NCBI GenBank assembly: GCA_035518115.1
Contig: DATIXY010000084.1
Coordinates: forward strand, 1,865 to 65,864
Direction of reading: 5' to 3'
Source of the DNA: Gaiellaceae bacterium
GTDB lineage: Bacteria; Actinomycetota; Thermoleophilia; Gaiellales; Gaiellaceae
Length of the DNA stretch: 64,000 nucleotides
The notes beneath the pieces are model-generated. The model saw only the letters and a program-made list of their open reading frames with translations. It ran no database searches and was not told the origin of the DNA. Below, one piece after another: positions 35,060 through 42,315 of this stretch. The translations under genes and the position numbers were made by a program. Position 1 is the first letter of the stretch; the number at the start of each line of letters is the position of its first letter.

Positions 35060-35995
35060 CTATGACGACGTTGCCTCCGCCGCCGTTTGCATCGCTTTCG
35101 TGAGCTCGCGGCTCCGCGCCGCCTCGACGGCGAGCGAGACCGCACCGACCAGGGCGGCGTCGAACGGAAACGCACCGAGGACGAGCTCGGGCGGGAAGGG
35201 GACGGCGGACTCGAGCGCCGAGCGCAGGGGGGCCTCGAGGCGGTCCCAGGACCGGACGATCCCGCCGCCCACGGCGATGCGCGAGGGATTGATCGCGACC
35301 GCCAGGTTGACGAGGTGGAAGGCGAGGTCGCGGACGACCTCGTCGATCAGGCCGGCGAGACGACGGTCGCCGTTCTCGTTGGCGAAGACGTCGGCCGCGC
35401 TCAACTCCCGGCCCGTCCGCTCCCGCGCGGCGGCCGCGATCGCGATGCCGCTGACGACCTGTTCGAGCACCTGGTGCTGCCCGTGCCCGACCTCGACCGG
35501 GCGGAGCAGGCTGTAGCCGATCTCGCCGGCGGCACCGTTCGCGCCGGTGACCACCTTGCCGTCGCAGACGATCGCCATCGCGAGGCCGGTCCCGAGGTTG
35601 AGGTAGATCGCCGGATCGTGTCCGGCCAGCGCACCTGCGCTCACCTCCGCGGTCGCTGCCGCCTTGACGTCCGTCACGAGCCGTACGGCGTCGCAGCCGA
35701 GTGCGGTCGAGACCTCGTCCCCGAGTGCGAGCCCCTCCCAGCCGGGGATCGCCGGTGCGAGGCCCACACTGTGCTTCTCGGGAATGCCGAACGTCGAGAC
35801 CCCGATTGCCGCGAGCGGCCGTCCATCGACGAGCCGCTGCGCCAGCGCGAGGCCCCGCAGCAGGTTCGGGCGCGCCCCGAGGGCCGGGTCGGTGGCAATC
35901 GTCCCCTCGCCGAGGCGGCCGCCGTCCACGCCCGCGATCGCGCCGGCGATCTTGGTCCCGCCGAAGTCGAGCCCGAGGACGATCGTGTCCTCCAC
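35060..35995 (-). CDS. ROK family sugar kinase
   Basis: 311 aa beginning VLGLDFGGTKIAGA (DxGGT ATP motif), with no HTH domain. GTG start at 35995. Confidence 0.85.
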   Translation of the reverse strand: MEDTIVLGLDFGGTKIAGAIAGVDGGRLGEGTIATDPALGARPNLLRGLALAQRLVDGRPLAAIGVSTFGIPEKHSVGLAPAIPGWEGLALGDEVSTALGCDAVRLVTDVKAAATAEVSAGALAGHDPAIYLNLGTGLAMAIVCDGKVVTGANGAAGEIGYSLLRPVEVGHGQHQVLEQVVSGIAIAAAARERTGRELSAADVFANENGDRRLAGLIDEVVRDLAFHLVNLAVAINPSRIAVGGGIVRSWDRLEAPLRSALESAVPFPPELVLGAFPFDAALVGAVSLAVEAARSRELTKAMQTAAEATSS

Positions 35996-36025
35996 GAATT
36001 AGGAAACTAACCTATCTTTTAATCG
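35996..36025. promoter_or_regulatory. 30-bp AT-rich divergent control region (back-to-back leaderless promoters / ROK operator candidate)
   Basis: GAATTAGGAAACTAACCTATCTTTTAATCG is the entire spacer. TATCTT (36013-18) ends 7 nt before the ATG at 36026. On the other strand TAGTTT lies 8 nt before the GTG at 35995. It shares TAACC with the 27111-27132 spacer. Confidence 0.4.
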
Positions 36026-37216
36026 ATGACAAGTCTCCACGGCGCCCGCCCCCAGACCATCCGCTCGCTGAACGAGCAGCTGACCCTCGACCTCGTCCGC
36101 CAGCAGGGCCCGCTCGCGCGTGCCGATCTGGCCCGCCTCTCGGGGCTCTCGAAGCCGACCGTGGCCCAGGCGCTGACGACTCTCGAGCGCGACGCGCTGG
36201 TCGAGGTGACCGGCCGGCGCACCGGCAGCCGCGGCCGGACGGCGGCGCTCTACGAGCTGCGGCGCGATGCGGGGTTCGTGCTGGGCCTCGACGTCGGGCG
36301 CGAGTACTTCCGCGGGGCGATCGCCGACCTCGGCGGCTCCGTCCGGGCGAAGCTGAACGCGCGTGCGCGCTCGACCGGCGCGCGCAGGCGTGTGAGCGAG
36401 CTCGCCGCGCTCGCCGACGACCTGTTTCGCGCCGCGGCGGTCAAGCGCTCGCGGTCGATCGTGCACACCGTCGTCGGCAGCCCGGGCGTGCTCGATCCCG
36501 CCCGCGACGCGCTGACGATGGCGAGCAACCTGCCCGGCTGGGAACGTCCGGCCGTCCTCACCGAGCTGCGGCGCGTCTTCGGACGCTCGACCGTGGTCGA
36601 GAACGACGTCGACGTCGCCGCGCTGGCCGAGCGCGACCACGGACACGGGCGCGAGGTTTCGACATTCGCGTTCGTCTCGGTCGGCAGCGGCATCGGGATG
36701 GGACTCGTGATCGACGGGAAGCTCCACCGCGGCGCGCACGGCGCCGCCGGCGAGATCGCCTTCCTGCCGCTCGCGCCCGGCGAGGTCGACGAGCGCGAGG
36801 CCCGGCGGCACGGCGCGCTCGAGGCGGCTGCGTCGTCGGCCGCGGTCGTGCGGGCGGCACGCGCGCGGGGCCTCGACGGCCATCTCACGGCGCGGCGCGT
36901 CTTTGCGAGCGCGGCCGAGGGCGACGAGCGCGCCGCCGTCGTCGTCGGCCACGAGGCTGCGCTGGTCGCGCGCGCGCTCGCGTCCATCGTCGCGATGATC
37001 GACCCCGAGCTCCTGGTGCTCGGAGGCGGAATCGGACGCGCGCCCGGCTTCGCGGCGGCGGTCGCATCCGAGCTCGAGCGTCACGTGCCGTTCGTCCCCG
37101 AGATCCGCGTGAGCGCGCTCGGCGAGGATGCCGTCGTCGAGGGCTGCCTGGCGGCCGGGACGGAGCAGCTGTGGCAGCGCCTGCTCGAGTCGAGGGCCGA
37201 TCAGCGCCCGACGTAG
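36026..37216 (+). CDS. ROK family transcriptional regulator (paralog of 25941-27110)
   Basis: IRSLNEQLTLDLVRQQGPLARADLARLSGLSKPTVAQALTTLERDALV (wHTH) followed by a ROK fold. 396 aa. Confidence 0.85.
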   Translation: MTSLHGARPQTIRSLNEQLTLDLVRQQGPLARADLARLSGLSKPTVAQALTTLERDALVEVTGRRTGSRGRTAALYELRRDAGFVLGLDVGREYFRGAIADLGGSVRAKLNARARSTGARRRVSELAALADDLFRAAAVKRSRSIVHTVVGSPGVLDPARDALTMASNLPGWERPAVLTELRRVFGRSTVVENDVDVAALAERDHGHGREVSTFAFVSVGSGIGMGLVIDGKLHRGAHGAAGEIAFLPLAPGEVDEREARRHGALEAAASSAAVVRAARARGLDGHLTARRVFASAAEGDERAAVVVGHEAALVARALASIVAMIDPELLVLGGGIGRAPGFAAAVASELERHVPFVPEIRVSALGEDAVVEGCLAAGTEQLWQRLLESRADQRPT

Positions 37217-37237
37217 CTGGTCGTCGATAATCGGCCG

Positions 37238-38050
37238 GTGGCAGCGAAGACCACGATCTCGGCGGCGGTGAGGCACGCGGCGCTGTTCCCGCACGAGGAC
37301 CTCCCGGACCCGCCCCCGGGGCACCCGTACCGGCTGATCCGGCGGCCGTCGTACGCGGTCGGCATCTTCCCGGGCGGGACGTTCGGCACGGTCGCCGTGT
37401 CGGCGATCCGTCCCGACGAGCTCGACGCGGTCCTCGACGACACGCGGTCGGTGCTCGCCGGAGAAGGTGCGGGCCGGGCGGTCTGGTTCGTCCCCGACGC
37501 CTCCCCACCCGGGCTGCTCGAGGCGCTCCTGGCGCGCGGCGTGATGCCGAGCGCCGAGCCGCCGTTCGAGCCGTACGTGACGGCGATGGCGCTCGTGTCG
37601 GCGCCCGATCCCGGCCCGCAGGACGTCGAGGCGAGGCTTGCCCGGTCGTTCGAGGAGTTCGCCGCCGGGCATCGGATCGCCGACGACGCGTTCGAGATGA
37701 GCGAGGCCGACCGGAAGGTCTTCGAGGCCAGGAGCCGGGCCTTGTGGGAGTTCGAGCTCGATGACGGCGCGTACCGGACGTTCGTCGCGCTGATCGACGG
37801 CGAGGTCGTTGCGTTCGCGGCCGCGATCGCCGGCGAGAACATGACCTACCTCTCCGGCGGCGGGACCCGCCCCGACCGGCGGGGGCGCGGTGCGTACCGC
37901 GCGCTCGTCCGCGCGCGGTGGGACGCGGCTGCAGAGCGCGGAACGCCCGCGCTCGCGGTCGGAGCCGGGGCGATGTCCGGCCCGATCCTGGAGCGCCTGG
38001 GCTTCGAGCCGGTCGGCCGGATCGACTGCCTCGTGGACAAGTTCGAATGA
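37238..38050 (+). CDS. GNAT family N-acetyltransferase (two-lobed)
   Basis: 270 aa. The C-terminal lobe carries the acetyl-CoA motif A-like RPDRRGRGAYRALVRARWDAAAERG. GTG start. Confidence 0.7.
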   Translation: MAAKTTISAAVRHAALFPHEDLPDPPPGHPYRLIRRPSYAVGIFPGGTFGTVAVSAIRPDELDAVLDDTRSVLAGEGAGRAVWFVPDASPPGLLEALLARGVMPSAEPPFEPYVTAMALVSAPDPGPQDVEARLARSFEEFAAGHRIADDAFEMSEADRKVFEARSRALWEFELDDGAYRTFVALIDGEVVAFAAAIAGENMTYLSGGGTRPDRRGRGAYRALVRARWDAAAERGTPALAVGAGAMSGPILERLGFEPVGRIDCLVDKFE

Positions 38051-38075
38051 GCAACCTCAACGAGCCAAGGAGGTC

Positions 38076-38492
38076 GTGGACGTGCGTGTGATCGGGATCG
38101 AGGCGAAGGATCAGGCGGCGGGCGAGTTCGTCCTCGAGTCGCTGGACATGGCGGTCAAGGCAAAGCGCGTCACGCTCGAGGATCTGGTGTTCGTGTCGAG
38201 GGAGGCGGGCGGAGAGGTGAAGATCCACCAGACGCGGGGCCTGAACCTGGGCCGGCTGCGCGACCGTGGTGTGAGCGACAAGCTGATGAAAGGTGTCGGC
38301 GAGACGCTGGAGCCCGGCCAGACGATGGTCTTCGCACTCGGGAGCGACGAGGCGATCGAGGCGATCGACGACCGTGTCAAGGAGCTCTCGGCGGAGGGCG
38401 AGTTCCCCACCTTCACCGTCGATCAGCACAGCGACGATGCGCTGGCGCAGGCCAAGGCGCAGCTCAGCCGAGACGACGCGCCGGAGGCGTGA
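38076..38492 (+). CDS. hypothetical protein, DUF1269-like soluble domain without membrane segment
   Basis: The GTG at 38076 lies 5 nt after AAGGAGG. VIGIEAKDQAAGEFVLESLDMAVKAKRVTLEDLVFVSREAGGEVKIHQT and GVSDKLMKGVGETLEPGQTMVF resemble the two halves of DUF1269 proteins as I recall them. Confidence 0.55.
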   Translation: MDVRVIGIEAKDQAAGEFVLESLDMAVKAKRVTLEDLVFVSREAGGEVKIHQTRGLNLGRLRDRGVSDKLMKGVGETLEPGQTMVFALGSDEAIEAIDDRVKELSAEGEFPTFTVDQHSDDALAQAKAQLSRDDAPEA

Positions 38493-38495
38493 CCG

Positions 38496-39224
38496 TCACA
38501 CCCGTTGCGTGTCCCGGCGGTACGCCCAGGCGGCGAGCACGCCGAGCACGATCGTCCACGTGATCGTGACGAACCAGCCGAGAGCCCCCCACGGGCGGCC
38601 GCCGCTTGCGACGTGGCTCGCCTGCACGAGCCAGTAGGAGGGCAGCGCCTGCGCAACCGCGTGCAGGAACCCGTTGTTGATCGGGAACCACACGCCGCCG
38701 AGGATGCTCAGCAGCGCGGTGAGCCCGCCGACGGCCGGGCCGAGCGAATCGACGGTGAGCACGTGGCCGAGCACGATGCCGAGCGCGGCGAACGGCAGGA
38801 GGCCGACGAGCAGCAGCGCGATCATCTCGACCCAGCTTCGCGCCGACAGTCGCACGCCGAGCGTCGTCCCGGCGATCGCGAGCAGCGCGATCGTCATCAG
38901 CGCGGTCAGGTACGCGACGAGGATCTTCGTCGCGAGGTAGCTCCGCGGCGACAGCGGCGTCAACCGGAGCTGGCGCGTCCACCCGAGGCTGCGGTCGAAG
39001 GCGATCCGGGCGCCGCCGGAGATGACGGCGTTCATCGTCCCGAACGCCGCGAGGCCGACCATCAGATAGAGCGGCGCAGAGACGCCGCTGCCTCCCAGGT
39101 CGGTCTCGTTCTTGTTCGGCCCGGCGATCAGGTAGTAGAGGACGAGCGGGAAGCCCAGCGAGAGCACGACGAAGCGCCGATTGCGCAGCACCCGGACGAG
39201 CTCGTAGCGGACGTAGTTCCTCAA
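38496..39224 (-). CDS. ABC-2 type transporter permease
   Basis: 242-aa protein with about 6 TMs, MRNYVRYELVRVLRNRRFVVLSLGFPLVLYY... ATGA-type overlap with the ATPase gene. Confidence 0.85.
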   Translation of the reverse strand: MRNYVRYELVRVLRNRRFVVLSLGFPLVLYYLIAGPNKNETDLGGSGVSAPLYLMVGLAAFGTMNAVISGGARIAFDRSLGWTRQLRLTPLSPRSYLATKILVAYLTALMTIALLAIAGTTLGVRLSARSWVEMIALLLVGLLPFAALGIVLGHVLTVDSLGPAVGGLTALLSILGGVWFPINNGFLHAVAQALPSYWLVQASHVASGGRPWGALGWFVTITWTIVLGVLAAWAYRRDTQRV

Positions 39225-40144
39225 GCCGCCACCTCCTCGTCGTCGCCGCGCGTCAGCTCCATGAACGCCTCCTCGAAGCCCGCCCCGGTGATCTCGAGGT
39301 CCCGTGCTTCGGGATGGGCCTGGAGCAGCGCGCGAACAGCGGCGTCCGAGTCGCTGCAGCGGAGGACGATCGCCTCGCCGCGGCCGTCCGCGCTGACCAC
39401 GCCCGGCAGGCGGGCGAGGGCTGCCAGATCCGCACCGGGGAGCGTCGCACGGATGGTGCGCAGTCCGACCATCGCCTTGATCTCGGTGGTCGGCCCGTCG
39501 ACGACGACGCGTCCGCGTGCCATCAGCACCGCGCGGTCGGCATACGCGTCGGCCTCCTCGAGGTAGTGCGTCGCAAACAGCACGGTCTTCCCGCGCGCTG
39601 CGAACTCGCGCATCGTCGTCCAGAAGGCGTGCCGTCCCTCGACGTCCATCGCGGCCGTCGGCTCGTCCAGCACGAGCAGCTCCGGGTTCGTCACGATCGC
39701 GATCGCGAAGCGAACGCGCTGGGTCTCGCCGCCCGACAGCTTTTGTGTTCGCCGCTCCGCGAGGCGGGCGATGCCGACCTGCTGGAGCACCTCGTCCACG
39801 TCGACCGGCGCCCGGTAGAGCGACCCGATCACGGAGACGATTTCGCGCACGGTCAGATCGCGCGGCAGCGACCCGATCTGCAGCATCGCCCCGATCAGGC
39901 CTTCCTTGATCGCATCGGCCGGCGTCCGCCCGAGGAGCGCCACCGAGCCCGCGTCGGCCCGGGTCAGGCCGAGCAGCATGTCGATCGTCGTCGACTTCCC
40001 GGCGCCGTTCGGACCGAGCAGCGCCACCACCTCCCCCGGGTCGATCGAGACGTCGACCCCGCGCACGGCGTGCACCGGGCCCTCGGGAGACCGGAACGTC
40101 TTCTCGATCCCCTGGAGCGAGACGGCAGGCGCGTGAATTGCCAT
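39221..40144 (-). CDS. ABC transporter ATP-binding protein (DrrA/ABC-2 exporter type)
   Basis: The internal ATG at 40144 gives MAIHAPAVSLQGIEKTF...GPNGAGKSTT...LSGGETQR...LDEPTAAMD. The upstream part of the track ORF is junk. Confidence 0.9.
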   Translation of the reverse strand: MAIHAPAVSLQGIEKTFRSPEGPVHAVRGVDVSIDPGEVVALLGPNGAGKSTTIDMLLGLTRADAGSVALLGRTPADAIKEGLIGAMLQIGSLPRDLTVREIVSVIGSLYRAPVDVDEVLQQVGIARLAERRTQKLSGGETQRVRFAIAIVTNPELLVLDEPTAAMDVEGRHAFWTTMREFAARGKTVLFATHYLEEADAYADRAVLMARGRVVVDGPTTEIKAMVGLRTIRATLPGADLAALARLPGVVSADGRGEAIVLRCSDSDAAVRALLQAHPEARDLEITGAGFEEAFMELTRGDDEEVAA

Positions 40145-40222
40145 CGACCCATGGTGCAGGCTCGGACGGACCCTGCGCTGCAGGACCGTCCGGTGGTTTG
40201 GCTCCGAGGGTTTCGCGGGAAT

Positions 40223-41104
40223 GTGCCGAACGGCTTCGACGTGCTTCCCCCGCTGCCTCGCCTCATCCCCCCCGCCGTCGTCGCCGTCCTCGCGGCGGCG
40301 CTGGTCGTCGTCCCGACGCCTGCCCCCGCGACGACGCTCGTCGGCAACTGCACGCCCGACGCGTCCTGGGCCGCGAACCACACCGACCTGGCGAACGCGG
40401 TGATCAAGCTGGTGAATGCGCATCGCGTCTCGCTCGGCCTCCGCGCCCTCGCCGTGTCCCCCGCACTCACGCGGTCGGCCGTGTGGAAGGCGCGCCACAT
40501 GGCGACATACCGCTACATGGGCCACGACGACCCGGCGCCGCCGGTCGCGCGGACCGTGGGCGAGCGCATCGCAGCATGCGGCTACTCGGCCGGTTGGGGC
40601 GAGAACATCGCCGAGGGCTACCCGACCGCATCCAGCGTCGTCGCCGCCTGGCTCGCCTCGCCCGGGCACAAGGCGAACATCGAGAACCCGTCGTACGTCG
40701 TCACCGGCTCCGGGGCCGCGATCGCGACCGGCGGGATCACGCTGTGGGCGCAGGACTTCGGCACGAGCAACGACAGCGGTAGCGCGACCTCCGGCGGGAC
40801 GCACACGGTGGCGATCGTGCTGCGCGGCCTCCACCTCGCACCGCACCGCCCACACGCCGGCGGGCAGCTGAGCGCCCGCGTCGGCGCCGTCAGCGCCCCG
40901 TCGATGAAACCGCTCGCGCACGCGACCGTCACGTGCAGCGGGAGCGCCGGCGGCCACGCGCTGCCGGTCGTGTCACACAGCTTCCACGGCGGCGTCGCGG
41001 CGTGCACCTGGCGCGTGCCGGGCACCGCGCTCGTGAGCGCGGAGATCGTCGTCCGCAGCGGCGGCCATGCCGCGGCCGCGGGCTTCGAGACGAAGCCGGA
41101 CTAG
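40223..41104 (+). CDS. secreted CAP (SCP/PR-1-like) domain protein with C-terminal beta-rich extension
   Basis: Hydrophobic signal/anchor LIPPAVVAVLAAALVVVPTPAPA, then the CAP block VNAHRVSLGLRAL...GHDDP....R....GY....GENIA.G..TASSVVAAWLASPGHKANI. The start is ambiguous (GTG 40223, GTG 40193 or ATG 40151). Confidence 0.8.
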   Translation: MPNGFDVLPPLPRLIPPAVVAVLAAALVVVPTPAPATTLVGNCTPDASWAANHTDLANAVIKLVNAHRVSLGLRALAVSPALTRSAVWKARHMATYRYMGHDDPAPPVARTVGERIAACGYSAGWGENIAEGYPTASSVVAAWLASPGHKANIENPSYVVTGSGAAIATGGITLWAQDFGTSNDSGSATSGGTHTVAIVLRGLHLAPHRPHAGGQLSARVGAVSAPSMKPLAHATVTCSGSAGGHALPVVSHSFHGGVAACTWRVPGTALVSAEIVVRSGGHAAAAGFETKPD

Positions 41105-42315
41105 AAGATCTCGGCGCACCAGGGCTCGGCGGCGGCCGCAAAGAGCGCATCCGCCCGCACGACCGCGCCCGCCCGCAGCTCCTCGAGCCTGAGCGCCCGC
41201 GCGAGCTCGGCGAAGCGGAAGCCGCCGAGGTAGGCGGAGCTGAGCGCCGCGATGCCGAGGCGAAGCTCGGGCTCCGAATCCGTGCGCGCGACGCCGTCGG
41301 CTGCGACGCGGAAGCGCCCGGCGTTCCACGGAGCGGCATCGTCGACGACGTCGATCACCACCGGCTCGGCGCCGCCGAACGCACGTGCGCCGAGCGCCGC
41401 CTCGACGTCGACGAGTCTCGCCAGGAGGCCGTCCTCGACGCGCATGACCATGCTGCGCGGCTCGGCCAGCAGGAGGAACAGCGGATGGTCGACCGGCAGC
41501 AGCCCCGCAGCGAACTGCGATGTCCAGTCGAAGTCGAGCAGCCACCGCCAGAGCTCGCGCGCCGCCTCCGGTGTCGGCGTCACGGCTTCGAGGATGCGCA
41601 CGGTGCCGCTCGTCAGGCCTCCCTGCCATTCCTGCGTCACGCGGTACAGGGCGTAACCGGCCGGCTCTCCGTCGAGCCACAGCAACGCCTGTGTCAGCGG
41701 CCCGCCCTTCCGCCGGGCCGGATCGTCGTCGAGCCGGCGCGTCCGCCACCAGGCCTCGGTCCGCGACATCATCCCGGGGCGCTCCCGGCGCATCTGCTCG
41801 TAGAGGGCGGGGAAGACGCGCGCCGCCTCATCGGCATCGACGAGGCGCACCTCCCCTCGCGGCGTGAACGGGTCGGCGAACGCCGTGCGATGCCGCTCGA
41901 GCGTCATCTCCCCGACCCGCGACGCGATGCCGTAGCCGTACCGTGGATAGATGGAGGTCTCGGATGCCCACAGGCAGGCGATCGCATCCCTGCGTGCCCG
42001 AGAGTCCGCCAGCTGCGCTGCCATCATGGCGTTCAGCACGCCGCGGCGGCGATGTGTCGGCAGGACGCCGACCACCGTCACGCCCCCACAGGGGATCGTC
42101 CCGCCTCCGGGAACCGAGACGTCGAACGACGCCGTCCCGACGCCGCCGACGGCGCTCCCGTCGATGCGCGCGACGAGGACGCGCTCGAGCTCGAGCCAAT
42201 GCGCGAGACGTTCGGCGCTCTCCGCCGTGGCCGCCGTCCCGAAATAGTGGTAGATCGGTGTGATCGCTTCGACGAGCTCGTCCGGCGACGAGCACGGCCG
42301 AACCTCGACGGTCAA
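41101..42315 (-). CDS. Eis-like GNAT acetyltransferase with SCP2 (sterol-carrier) C-terminal domain
   Basis: The TTG at 42315 overlaps the pcrA stop (TTGA). GVLPTHRRRGVLNAMMAAQL (GNAT motif A) plus a central GNAT-like and a C-terminal SCP2-like region (LRLGIAALSSAYLGG..F..L) match the Eis three-domain architecture. Confidence 0.85.
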   Translation of the reverse strand: MTVEVRPCSSPDELVEAITPIYHYFGTAATAESAERLAHWLELERVLVARIDGSAVGGVGTASFDVSVPGGGTIPCGGVTVVGVLPTHRRRGVLNAMMAAQLADSRARRDAIACLWASETSIYPRYGYGIASRVGEMTLERHRTAFADPFTPRGEVRLVDADEAARVFPALYEQMRRERPGMMSRTEAWWRTRRLDDDPARRKGGPLTQALLWLDGEPAGYALYRVTQEWQGGLTSGTVRILEAVTPTPEAARELWRWLLDFDWTSQFAAGLLPVDHPLFLLLAEPRSMVMRVEDGLLARLVDVEAALGARAFGGAEPVVIDVVDDAAPWNAGRFRVAADGVARTDSEPELRLGIAALSSAYLGGFRFAELARALRLEELRAGAVVRADALFAAAAEPWCAEIF

